A stretch of DNA of 64,000 bases from Octopus sinensis. Taxonomy: Eukaryota. Within the stretch, counting starts at the first letter, position 1; each line of letters starts with the position of its first letter. The stretch is from positions 7,502,001 to 7,566,000 of the forward strand of contig NC_043020.1 of assembly GCF_006345805.1 (NCBI RefSeq). Reading direction: 5' to 3'. The position numbers and the translations under genes were made by a program. Under the pieces are notes generated by a model. The model saw nothing but the letters and a program-made list of their open reading frames with translations, was not told the origin of the DNA and did no database searches. Of the stretch, positions 26,965 through 39,075 are shown piece by piece.

Positions 26965-27110
26965 CTATACACAAACACACAATCCATGCAGTGGAAACAT
27001 CCTTCCTCACCTGCTCCAGAGATGGCCAAGGTTGTCTATGGAAAAAACCAGTATTGCAGTGATGATGATGTCACATTTGCTTTTGGTGACATTTTTGACC
27101 AGTGGGACGA
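26965..27110 (+). pseudogene. Internally deleted mariner transposase fragment
   Basis: QSMQWKHPSSP...AKVV joined to YCSDDDV...DIFDQ, resembling mid and C-terminal mariner segments. Confidence 0.45.
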
Positions 27111-27162
27111 AAGGCCAGATCTGGCTGGTCTGAATGTAAGACAGGTAGAATACTTGGGCCAG

Positions 27163-27590
27163 AAGGTGGCGAGCTGGCAGAGTGGTTAGCACACTGGGCG
27201 AAATGCTTAGCAGTATTTCGTCTGTCTTCATGTTCTGAGTTCAAATTCCGCTGAGGTCAACTTTGCCTTTCATCTTTTTGGGGTCGATAAATTAAGTACC
27301 AGTTACACACTGGAGTCAATGTAATTGACTTAATCCCTTTGTCTGTCCTTGTTTGTCCCCTCTATATTTAGCCCCTTGTAGGCAATAAAGAAATACGAAA
27401 CGTTAGCACACCGGGCAAAATGCTGAGCGGTATTTCATCTGCTGTTACATTCTGAGTTCAAATTCCGCCAAGGTCAACTTTGCCTTTCATCTTTTTGGGG
27501 TCGATAAATTAATTACTGAGCTTGATCTAATCTCGACTGGCCCCCTCCCTAAAAACTTTGGGCCTTGTGCCTAGAGTAGTCAAGAATACT
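27163..27590 (+). mobile_element. Two adjacent SINE family A copies
   Basis: Two ttagcac...gagttcaaattccg...ggggtcgataa units. Confidence 0.85.
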
Positions 27591-28278
27591 TGGGCTGGAT
27601 TTGGCTGGTTTAAATGCTAAGGGTTAAAGATTAAGTGATTGCTAAAATGGATATTTTATTTTGATGATGTTAAAGGCAGGATTTTAGAGAGATTTGGCCA
27701 CCAGGAAGTTGAGTTATAGCCATACCTTGTGAGATTCTGGTGTTGTTGTTGTTGTTGCATAGCCTGGAGTCTGCCCTTGATCAGACTGTCCTAGAGTAGA
27801 AGGTGGTCAGCTGAATGATGAAGGGGGTCACCTTATTGATCCAGAATCAAGGTAGTAACCTGTCTCCATTGTAAGCTGAGGACCAAGGGTGAATATACAG
27901 GGTAATAGTGTGTAGGGTGTAGTGATGTGTGGTATGGTAGTGGTGGTGGTGGTGGTGAGTTGTGTGATATAGTGTTTGATGTTGTGTGATGTGATATTTT
28001 CATCATCATCATCATCATCATATTTTTCACCATCATTACTGCTACCACCACCAAAACCGTTGTCTCCCTATCATCACCTGGCAAAAGAGACCGATAGAAT
28101 AAGTACTAGGCTATCAAAGAATAAGTCCTGAGGTCGATTTGTTCAGCTAAAGATGGTGCTCCAGCATGGCTGCAGTCAAATGATTGAAACAAGTAAAAGA
28201 ATAATTGCTGAATGGCATCTTCTTCTAGCATGTTGGTGGCCTGTATACGCACTCCCTTGCCCTGAATATATATATATA

Positions 28279-28477
28279 TCATCATCATCATCGTTTAACA
28301 TCCGCTTTCCATGCTAGCATGGGTTGGACGATTTTGACTGAGGGCTGGCGAACCAGATGGTTGCACCAGTCTCCAATCTTGATTTGGCAGAGTTTCTACA
28401 GCTGGATGCTCTTCCTAATGCCGACCACTCTGAGAGTGTAGTGGGTGCTTATTACATGCCACTGGCAAACGACCTCG
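28279..28477 (-). mobile_element. SINE family C 3' part
   Basis: catcatcgtttaacatccgctttccatgctagcatggg... Confidence 0.8.
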
Positions 28478-28501
28478 CTAATAATGTTTAATAAGTGATT
28501 G

Positions 28502-28888
28502 GGGAGATGCAATGGCCTAGTGGTTAGGGCAGCGGACTCGCAGTCGTAGGATTGCGGTTTTAATTCCCAGACAAATTGTTGTGAGTGTTTGTTGAGTGAA
28601 ACACCTAAAGCTCCACAAGGCTCCGACAGGGGGCAGTGGCGAACCCTGCTGTACCCTTTCACCACAACTTTCTCTCACTCTTTCTTCCTGTTTCTGTTGT
28701 ACGTGTATTTCAAAGGAGCCAGCCTTGTCACACTCTGTGTCACGCTGAATCTCCCCAAGAACTACGTTAAGGGTACACGTGACTATGGAGTACTCAGCCA
28801 CTTGCATGTTAATTTCATGAGCAGGCTATTCCATTGATCGGATCAACTGGAACCCTTGTTGTCGTACTCGACGGAGTGCCACTCACTC
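28502..28888 (+). mobile_element. tRNA-derived SINE family D
   Basis: A box tggcctagtgg, B-box-like ggttttaattccc; TSD ataag(t/c)gattg. Confidence 0.85.
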
Positions 28889-29149
28889 ATAAGCGATTGA
28901 TAACACTTAGAAGAAGATGCTTCTTTTTCCACTTACGAAAAATGAATGGAGCTTTGATCAAGAGGAACTGATGTCGTTAGACAGCATCCAACGATGATCA
29001 TTCCTCGTGAACATCTCATAAGTCTGCATACAAAAGTTCCAGTAGGAGAATGGGGGCTCGTGGGGTCGGAGCGTGAGCCATCTCTCTGCTTCATCTCATG
29101 TTTGTATTACGTCCTTGTTGTATCTCATTCAATTTCATTCGATTTCATT

Positions 29150-29355
29150 ATCATCATCATCATCATCATCATCATTGTTTAACGTCCGCTTTCCATGCTA
29201 GCATGGGTTGGATGGTTCAACTGGGGTCTGGGGAGCCTGAAGGCTGCACCAGGCCAGTCAGATCTGGCAGTGTTTCTACAGCTGGATGCCCTTCCTAACG
29301 CCAACCACTCCATGAGTGTAGTGGGTGATTTTATGTGCCACCGACACAGGTGCTA
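29150..29355 (-). mobile_element. SINE family C 3' part
   Basis: gtttaacgtccgctttccatgctagcatggg...ctggatgcccttcctaacg. Confidence 0.8.
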
Positions 29356-30394
29356 AAATTTTAAAAGTCATATAATCATTGTGTGTCTGACCCCAATCAG
29401 GCTGTATTGTCCCCCTCTATGTTTGGGCCCTTGTGGCTAATAAAGAAATTGGGTGTTTTGATCCTGAACTGTAACACACTCCCATAGTGGGTTAGCAGGG
29501 GTAGCCACATCGAATGGCTCTGAGGGTCCACCCAGTCAAAATAGGAATGAAAGGGGTCCATAGGCAAAAAATGGTTGAAAACCAGTGGACTGTGGAATCT
29601 GTTTTATCCTGGTACCACAACAAGAGAAACAGACATGTCTTCAGGAGGACACAAGATGGTGGTGGTGGTGGTGGTGATGGTGGTGGTGATCGTGGTGGGG
29701 GTGACAATATTGTTATTGGTAGTAGTAGTGTTGAGGGTGGTGGTGGTGGGTTGGTGTTAGTGGTTGTGATGATGATGGTAGTGGTAGTGACGGTGCTGAG
29801 AGTGGTTGTGATGATGGTTGTAATGATGATGAAGATAATGAATCCTCGTTTGGCAGGCCTAGGGCTATAGTAGAATACACTTACCCCAGGTGTTGCATAG
29901 TGAGACTGAACCTGAATCCATGTGATTGGGAAGCAGGCTTCTTCTTACCACACAAACACACACACAACAAGCTTCTTTCAGTTTCCATCTACCAATATTT
30001 ATCCTTTTTTTCAAGCTTGATACCTATTCTATTGCTCTCTTTTGCTGAACCGCTAGGTTACAGGGGTGTAAACCCACCGACACAGGTTGTTGAATGATGG
30101 TGGGGGACAAACACAGACACAAAAACACACGAGTATTTGAACACTTTGTCAATGCTCCCTTCTTCATTTTTAGTGTACACACACAAGCATGGTCCCGTGG
30201 TTAAGCCAGGGGTCTCCAAAGTGGTCAATATTGACCCCTGGGGAGAGGGGAGGGTCAAAAGAACTATTCAAGTGGTGGTGATGATGGTGGTGCTGCAGTT
30301 AGTGGTGGTTGTAGTGATAGTTATGATGATGGTGGTCATAGCGGTGGTGGTGGTGGTGGTGGTTTAGTTGCGGGTAGTTGTAGTAATGGTTATG

Positions 30395-30783
30395 GAAGTG
30401 GAAGCACTCCGTCGGTTCCGACGACGAGAGTTCCGGTTGATCCGATCAATGGAACAGCCTGCTCGTGAAATTATCGTGTAAGTGGCTGAGCACTCCACAG
30501 AAACGTGTACCCTTAACGTAGTTCTTGGGGATATTCAGCGTGACACAGAGAGTGACAAGGCCGGCCCTTTGAAATACAGGTACAACAGAAACAGGAAGTA
30601 AGAGTGAGAGAAAGTTGTGGTGACAGAGTACAGCAGGGATCACCACCATCCCCCTGCCGGAGCCTCGTGGAGCTTTAGGTGTTTTCGCTCAATAAACACT
30701 CACAACGCCCGGTCTGGGAATCGAAACCGCGATCCTACGACCGCGAGTCCGCTGCCCTAACCACTGGGCCATTGCGCCTCCAC
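30395..30783 (-). mobile_element. tRNA-derived SINE family D, young copy
   Basis: Minus head gtggaggcgcaatggcccagtggttagg...ggtttcgattccc; TSD aatggttatg at 30385-30394 and 30784-30793. Confidence 0.9.
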
Positions 30784-30985
30784 AATGGTTATGATAATGA
30801 TGATGATGATCATGATCCCGTCACCCAACACCAAAAGTTATCGCATGGCACAATGCAGTGAGATGTGATTTTTGGATCGCTCAATGTTGTTGATTAACTG
30901 ACTCCTTCCTGGTTGTTCCGGATTGAGCAGATCTATAACTAAAAGCGTTCCAACCATGGCCATCCCATCTTTTATTTAAAAATAA

Positions 30986-31411
30986 GGATCTTTTCGGTTT
31001 GGAAGGCAGTTTTTTAAAATAATTTCTAGGTAACTAAAAAATTTTAAACTTCGTATACTGGTAGAATGTGTTTATAAAACATCTTTTTCTCTTGGCTTTA
31101 TTGAGAAAATTCTATAGTTTGTAAGATATTTGTTGTTTTTTTTCTTCAATTTCTGCAATTTCAACCAATCAATGACGTCTATTGAGGTAAAAAAAACATT
31201 CTGTGTCGTATGAACATGTCCCTTGTTTAAGAAACAGATTGGGTTTATTTATATTTGTGAAGAAAAAAAGATACCCTTCCTCCCACCCCTAATCCTAACC
31301 CTAACCCTAAAACGGATTGAAATGCAATAGATCGATACTAGGGTCATAATTATGGGTGACAATTTCATATGACACCGCTAGAAAAAACTGCCGTTCAAAC
31401 CGAAAAGATCC
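30986..31411. mobile_element. MITE (same family as 14611-15019) with an 8-bp TSD
   Basis: TIRs ggatcttttcggttt... / ...aaaccgaaaagatcc; TSD aaaaataa at 30978-30985 and 31412-31419. Confidence 0.9.
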
Positions 31412-31673
31412 AAAAATAATGCCCCCACAATCAGATCAGATAATCCGATTCATTCCTTTTCAAAATGGTTGAGAGCAATTTAAGATTTGGCTGCTATTTC
31501 TAGCAAAACGGGATCGTCGTTGGCTTGCGTGACATTGTATAGAAGTGACTGGCGTGGTTGGATATATTGTGCCATGCGATATGATTTGCTTCTAAACCAA
31601 GTTGTCCAAGACGTTCCAGCCAGGACCATCCTGCCAAAAAGGCCTACATTAGCCAAAATATTCTTTCATTTGT

Positions 31674-32103
31674 AGGCTTGGTTGTGTGGTTAAGGAGCTC
31701 GTTTTGCAACTGCCTGGTATCGGGTTCAGTCCCACTGCATGGCACCTTGGGCAAGTGTCTTCTGCTATAACTCCTGGCCGAACAATCCCTTGTAAGGGAA
31801 TTTAGAAGGCAGAAACTGTGTGGAAGCCTGTCGTATTCTTCTCTCTCTCTCTCTCTCTCATATGTGTGCTTTTGTCCCCCACCACTACCTCTTGATAACT
31901 GGTGTTGGTTTGATTACGTCCTCATAACTTGGCCGTTCGGCAGAAAAGATCAAAAGAATAAGTATTAGACTATCAAATAAAAAAAAAACAAATAAAATAA
32001 ATGAGAGAGAGAGGGAATGTCTTGGACTCGACTTCTTCGATTAAAACCCTTCAGTGCCGTGCCCCAGCTTGGTCGCAGTCCAATAACTGAAACAAGCAAA
32101 AAA
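31674..32103 (+). mobile_element. SINE family B (diverged)
   Basis: gggttcagtcccactgcatggcaccttgggcaagtg...actgaaacaag. Confidence 0.8.
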
Positions 32104-32267
32104 TAAAAATGGTTAGCTCGAGAGAGAGAGGGGGGGGAGGTTGAGGTTGGGATTTGGCTATTATTTTTAGCAGCTCAAGTGATCACATAGAGGCTCTCTC
32201 TCTCCCCCCGTGTTGGCTGGAGTCGTCCACTGGTGTTTTCTGTTGCTGCTGGTTGTTGTGTGTTTGT

Positions 32268-32296
32268 GTTGCTTGGCAACAGTTGCCCTCGGTTAC
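32268..32296. promoter_or_regulatory. Tandem RFX X-box-like motifs
   Basis: GTTGCTTGGCAAC (32268-32280) and GTTGCCCTCGGTTAC (32282-32296; reverse complement GTAACC-GAG-GGCAAC) fit GTNRC(C/T)-N0-3-RGYAAC and lie in non-repetitive sequence. Confidence 0.45.
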
Positions 32297-33094
32297 CAGT
32301 GCGTGTGTTTTTATTTATTTGTTTACTTATTATATAAACAAAACAAAACAAAGAAGAAAAAAATTAGCAAACGGACAAACAAACAAACAAACACTAACCA
32401 GGTTTTGATCTGATCGGTTGTTACTGATTAGCGAGCTTTTAAAACACAACAGGACCAACACAATAGGAACGGCGGTTCTGAATAAAAATCTCCTTCCACG
32501 AAAACAGAACGAAAACAGGCTGACAAGTCAAAAGGACAGACGGGAGAGAAGAACAAAGGAAGACGAGGAAGGAGGGGAGAGAAAGAAGAACAAAGCAAGA
32601 CGAGGAAGGAGGGGAGAGAAGACGTCGGAAGAAGAAGAAGAGGAAGAAGTAGTAAGGAGCGAGAAGTAGGTGAAGAAGAAGAAGAAGAAGAAGAAGAAGA
32701 AGAAGATCTAGATACAAAGCGGGCCACTGTATTTCTGGTGCCAACTTTGCTAATAGCTGGACATCAAGTAAACAGCCGTTGGCAGACAACTGTAGCTTAT
32801 TAAAGTTTAAACAAGCCAGCTTTTTTAAGACAGTACCCCCCACAAGCAACCAGTTGCAGCTTGATTAAACCTTCCGACTTTCAAACACACCATTGGTCGT
32901 CATTAACGTAATAACCATCAACGTTAAACATACCAACTTACTGTGTAGTACTGTAGTATTTTATTTACGGTTTATGGGACAGAGCGAAGGTGTTGTTGTT
33001 GAGCTGTTGAAGGTGGTGCTATTAAAATTTAAACATTTGTTTTATACAGAGCAGTCGACATTTTATTACGACTATATACAAACGGTGTGTATGT

Positions 33095-33633
33095 ATATAC
33101 TCTTTTAATTGTTTCAGTCATTTGACTGCGGCCATGCTGGAGCACCGCCTTTAGTCGAGCAACTCGACCCCGGGACTTATTCTTTTGTAAGCCCAGTACT
33201 TATTCTATCGGTCTCTTTTTGCCGAACCGCTAGGTAACGGGGGACATAAACACACCAGCATCGGTTGTCAAGCAATGCTAGGGGGACAAACACAAACACA
33301 CACACACACACCACACATATATATATATATATATATACATATATACGACGGGCTTCTTTTCAGTTTCCGTCTACCAAATCCACTCACAAGGCTTTGGTCG
33401 GCCATGTATGTATATGCACCAACTTCCTAAACAAACGTATATAGACCAACTATAAACACACCCCTATATACACACTCCTATATATACAGTCCTATATACA
33501 CAGTCCTATATACACACCCCTATATACACACACGTATATACAACACACAGATACCTTTTTGCCGAACCGCTAAGTAACGGGGGACATAACACACCAGCAT
33601 CGGTTGTCAAGCAATGCTAGGGGGACAAACACA

Positions 33634-33687
<54 letters not shown>

Positions 33688-33994
33688 ATATATATATACA
33701 TATATACGACGGGCTTCTTTTCAGTTTCCGTCTACCAAATCCACTCACAAGGCTTTGGTCGGCCATGTATGTATATGCACCAACTTCCTAAACAAACGTA
33801 TATAGACCAACTATAAACACACCCCTATATACACACTCCTATATATACAGTCCTATATACACAGTCCTATATACACACCCCTATATACACACACGTATAT
33901 ACAACACACAGATACCTTTTTGCCGAACCGCTAAGTAACGGGGACATAAACACACCAGCATCGGTTGTCAAGCAATGCTAGGGGGACAAACACA

Positions 33995-34070
<76 letters not shown>

Positions 34071-34230
34071 TACGACGGGCTTCCTTCAGTTTCCGTCTAC
34101 CAAATCCACTCACAAGGCTTTGGTCAGCTCGAGGCTATAGTACAAGACACTTGCCCAAGATGCCACGCAGTGGGACTGAACCCGGAACCATGTGGTTGGT
34201 AAACAAGCAACTTACCACACAGCCACTCCT
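33095..34230 (-). mobile_element. SINE family B with an internal tandem duplication
   Basis: tttttgccgaaccgc recurs near 33216, 33556 and 33916; the head is present only in the last copy. Confidence 0.85.
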
Positions 34231-34346
34231 GATATATAATATATATATAGGTCTCTCTCTTTTTCTGTATATGTCATGGGCCAACAGGTTTTTGGGGTCT
34301 CACTATACACCATAAAGTTAAACCCTTTATGGACAGGAAACCTATA

Positions 34347-34999
34347 CAGGCGCAGGAGTGGCTGTGTGGTAAGAAGCTTACTTCCCAACCACATGGTTCT
34401 GGGTTCAGTCCCACTGCGTGGCACCTCGGACAAGTGTCTTCTACTATGGATGTATTTGTTATTTGTGTCTGTGTTTGTCCCCACTCTTCCCACAACCGCT
34501 GTTGGTGTATTTACGTCCCTATTGCTTAGCGGTTCGGCACAAACGACCGATAGAATAAGTTATAGGCTAGCAAAGAATAAGTACTGGTGTTGATTTGTTT
34601 GACTAATAGTGGTGCTCCAGCATGGCTGCAGCCAAATGACTATAACAAGTAAAAGGATAAAAGAAAGAATATATATATACACTACTCATATATATGAGTA
34701 TATATATCTGTGTGTGTGTATGTATATAAGGTATAAATATGTATATTACATATATACACATATACACACACACACATACGTGCACATATAAGTACTGGTG
34801 TTGATTTGTTTGACTAATAGTGGTGCTCCAGCATGGCTGCAGCCAAATGACTATAACAAGTAAAAGGATAAAAGAAAGAATATATATATACACTACTCAT
34901 ATATATGAGTATATATATCTGTGTGTGTGTATGTATATAAGGTATAAATATGTATATTACATATATACACATATACACACACACACATACGTGCACATA
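34347..34999 (+). mobile_element. SINE family B with a 211-bp tail-plus-flank duplication
   Basis: ataagtactggtgttg at 34578 and 34789; the two units are identical. Confidence 0.85.
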
Positions 35000-35130
35000 T
35001 ACATGCATACATATGTGTGTGTGATTAAGAAGTTTCACTTTAGAACCAGGTGAATTCAGGTTCAATCCCTCTTTGCAGTACTTTAGGCAAGTGTTTTCTG
35101 CTATAGTTCCAGGCTAAACGGAGCCTTTCT

Positions 35131-35870
35131 TTGTATGTATGTGACTTTGCTGACGACTCTCATTTACACTCTTTTTTACAATCTCTTGAACAAGCCTCAA
35201 ATTGTGTAGGTCTTTACCTCAATGAGTCCAAGACTGAATATGTAAACAAGTGCCTGTCCAACAGTGATTTCATCATCCATACTCTCAACAATACGCTCTT
35301 AAATATGGTTTCTGATTACAAATATCTTGGGTCATACATATCATCATCTGAAAAGGATTTTCTAACTAGAAAGGGTATGGCCTGGTCAGCCTGTAATGAT
35401 ATGCATAAGATCTGGTCATCAAATCTAAGTAGAGACTTCAAACTTGAAATCTTCAAAGCCACAGTCGAACCAATTCTACTATATGGCTCAGAAACCTGGA
35501 CATTATCAAAGAAGCTTGAGAGGCAGTTGGATGGAACCTACACTCGCCCCCTTATGAGAGCTCAAAATCTCTCGTGGAAGCATCATCCAACCAAAGTACA
35601 AATATATGGGAAATTACCACCTGTATCATCTCTTGTGAAAGGTAGGAGAGTCCAGTTTGCTGGACATTGTTGTAGAGCTGAAAACGAGGTAATTTCTACT
35701 CTCCTCCTCTGGAAGCCATCTGCTCGCAATACCAGAGGGTGCACACTCTCCTACCCTGATATAATCTCCAGGGATACAGGCATCCAGCAACAGGACCTCC
35801 GTAATGCTATGAGTTCTGACGTAACATAGTAAATTCCATTGTCTCGACCACGGTCAAACAATGATGATGA
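35131..35870 (+). mobile_element. 5'-truncated RTE-clade LINE (RT C-terminus)
   Basis: FADD...GLYLNESKTE...YKYLGS...LLYGSETWTL...FAGH motifs typical of RTE ORF C-termini; (GAT)n tail. Confidence 0.85.
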
Positions 35871-36764
35871 TGTGTGTGTGTGTATGTATGTATGTATATA
35901 TGCATGCATGCATGCATCTATCTATCTACCTACCTACCTGCCCACCCACCCATTACCTACCTACCACCCACTTGGAAAACGGAAGGGTTAGCAACAGGAA
36001 TAGCATCCAGATGTAAAACAATACCTAAATGATATACTGACCTAACCCATGCCAACATGAAGAAATAGACATAAAATAATGACAAAACAAAATTTCACAG
36101 TCCATACAAAAAATAAAATACACCAAGGGGAAATAACTCAAGTGGGTCAATGGATTTAGGTAAATAATTCCAGTGGATACATTAAAATTTATTGCATAGG
36201 GGAAGAAAACAAAAATCTAGTGGTAATTGTTTGCTTCTCTCAAAGAGAATATTCAAGTAATTGACACTGGTCAAGGAATTAAGAAATTAATTTCACACAA
36301 TTAATTAAAAGGGTAGGAATTTCAGTTAATTGGGGGTTCATTATTAGCTGTCTTTCAGTACCATGGTCTTTAATTTCAGTGAGAGATGCAAGACCCCCTG
36401 TTGCTCTGTTCCCTTCTTTCATTTGCCACCCTTTTCTAATGAACCATCTTCCTCTCTGTCTGAACACGCGTGATCACGCGATCATGATTTTGGTGCCCCG
36501 ACTGGGTGCGGTGCTTTCTGTTCTTAAGCAAATTATGTAATTCAATATTAATTTGTGATCACTCCAACATCCAACGCGTGGCACGCCTAGGTACCTAATG
36601 TCGATGTAACGGAGGAAGTGAGCTTATGTGCGACACAAACACTTGATCACTATAAACAAATCATCTGTGTGGTTGTTCGGCAAGAAATAGCAGAATCTTC
36701 ATCTGTTGTTTAACTAAGGGGGAAAATCCATTATATATATATACATATTTATATATACATATAC

Positions 36765-36821
<57 letters not shown>

Positions 36822-36897
36822 TATATATATATACATATACATATATATATATATACATATATACATACATATATATATATATACATATATACATACA

Positions 36898-36935
<38 letters not shown>

Positions 36936-37557
36936 CATATATATATACACACACACACACCACACACACACACACGTATATATATATATATATATAATAT
37001 ATATATATATATATAGTGTGTGTGTGTATTTTATTCTTTTACTTGTTTCAGTCATTTGACTGCGGCCATGCTGGAGCACTGCCTTTAGTTGAACAAATCG
37101 ACCCTAGGACTTATTCTTTGTAAGCCTAGTACTTATTCTATCGGTCTCTTTTGCCGAACCGCTGAGTTACAAGGATATAGACACGCCACAATCGGTTTTC
37201 AAGCTATGGTGAGGATCAAACATAGACATATAAACACACACACACACACACACACATATGTACACACAATGTGAAAAATAATGAGAAAGGATGAAAATAC
37301 ATTAAATTTTGTGCAGGTATGCCTTATAAGGGTAAGTGTGGCTATGTGACAACCTGTTCCCAGGTTCAAGGCACCTTGGATAAGTATCTTCTGCTATAGT
37401 TCCGGGCTAACCAAAGCCTAGAGAGTGGGAAGTGGATCTGATAGACAGCAGTTCTTGAGATATCTTGTCCATGGACAAACAAATAAACGCAACTGAAAAC
37501 AATACCTCTGCCTTAGCCACTACACACATTTTTTCTCTCCTTGTTTTTTCTGTGTAC

Positions 37558-37594
37558 CTTTCTGTAGAAGAGCGTAGGCTCGAAACGTAAAAAG
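37558..37594 (+). ncRNA. Minimal type I hammerhead-like motif, variant core CUGUAGA
   Basis: cttt-CTGTAGA-a-gagc/gtag/gctc-GAAA-CGTA-aaaag. Confidence 0.5.
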
Positions 37595-37713
37595 ACTTTT
37601 TCTATTCCTGAGCACTATACTAATACATCTGTTTGTTTTGTACACCACCTGCCTTCGTCTTTTGTTTTTTTCGTAAACTCTCCCTATATATATATATATA
37701 TATATATTATATA

Positions 37714-37752
<39 letters not shown>

Positions 37753-37778
37753 ATCGAAACAGTTTGATTCAAATTCAT

Positions 37779-37819
37779 TGGTACTTTTCAGTTTCAGGCA
37801 TGATGCTAGTCATCAGCCA
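37779..37819 (-). ncRNA. Hammerhead-like motif in the left PLE arm
   Basis: tgg-CTGATGA-ctagcatcatgcct-GAAA-ctgaaaa-GTA-cca; stem II is weak. Confidence 0.5.
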
Positions 37820-38154
37820 TTTTGAATCTGAATGACAGAAGTTGATTGTTATTACCATAAGGTGGACTGCGATTGATCGAGGAAGGTCATGTGGTGTCAT
37901 GGTTTGGTGTTGGTATATGGGTAACATGAAAAATACTGCATGGTGAACAGGAAATTGACTGCATGGAGGACAGGAAATAGACCATGGGGGTGGTTAGAAG
38001 TCGTTCATGTTGTTGGTGGGGAAGTAGAAAGGGGCTGTATGTGCAGGTATATAGATGTATGTGTGGGTATGTAGATGCGCTCATATGGTTTTGCATGCAT
38101 GTGTATATTGATGCAAACATGTGCATTTGTACATGGGCATGCACACACACACAT

Positions 38155-38445
38155 ACACACCTGGATGAACACACGTGTGCACATAAGCATATGCACACAT
38201 ACACACACCTGGATGAACACACATGTGCACATAAGCATATGCACACATACACACACCTGGATGAACACACATGTGCACATAAGCATATGCACACATACAC
38301 ACACCTGGATGAACACACATGTGCACATAAGCATATGCACACATACACACACCTGGATGAACACACGTGTGCACATAAGCATATGCACACATACACACAC
38401 CTGGATGAACACACATGTGCACATATGCATATGCACACATACACA
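38155..38445. repeat. 48-bp minisatellite, six copies, inside the left PLE arm
   Basis: ctggatgaac at 38161, 38209, 38257, 38305, 38353 and 38401. Confidence 0.95.
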
Positions 38446-38669
38446 CACACACGTACATACACAAACACATGCATATTCATTCATGTATATATGTATATGC
38501 ATACGCATGTATGCATTAATCCCAGAGTGTGCACACACATTTGTGCAGGCAGATGTGCATGTGCATGCGTGTAACAAGCATTGGGGATTGGCATGCATTG
38601 AAGGTTGGTAAGCGTTGGAGATTGGTAAATGGTGGTCCTGCTCATGGGGTTGATTGGTGATGGTGACCT

Positions 38670-39075
38670 TGGTGCAGGCGGTGTCTCTGGTGACAGCAAT
38701 ACAATAAATCGTATTTCTTCTTGATGGATACTGTGGGTTGTCAGAGGATATGCAGTTTTTCACAGAGGCAGAGCTGGGATTTGGGGGCCCCGGGTGAATA
38801 TGGTGCTGCTCTGTCAACAGTAGTCCACTTGATGCTGGGTATTTCATCTTGGACAGAGTTTCCAGAGAAAACAAGACAGGGAAGTAGAGTTCTCTCTGTC
38901 CCTGGATCTGAATGAGTGCATATGCTGAATGTATCTTACTTTGAAGACATTAGCTGTCATACCCGTATAATGCCTAGTAATGCCATTAGATGGTGTAAGG
39001 GTGGCTCTGTATATGATGGCCCTTAAGAGATAAGATTCTTCTAGAGGGCATATGGTGGGGTTTGCAGGTTGGGGG
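38670..39075 (-). pseudogene. PLE GIY-YIG endonuclease remnant
   Basis: CPL...IIYRATL...HYTGMT..FKVRYIQHMHSF....NSTSLS..LWKL matches PLE endonuclease motifs; a degraded C-terminal segment follows in shifted frames. Confidence 0.8.

Noticed and set aside
28502-28575. tRNA gene-like sequences (also at the heads of SINEs A, B and E)
   Set aside because: They continue into SINE bodies with TSDs and do not form complete cloverleaves.
38155-38445. CRISPR-like regular repeats
   Set aside because: The units are contiguous with no unique spacers, in eukaryotic context with no cas genes.
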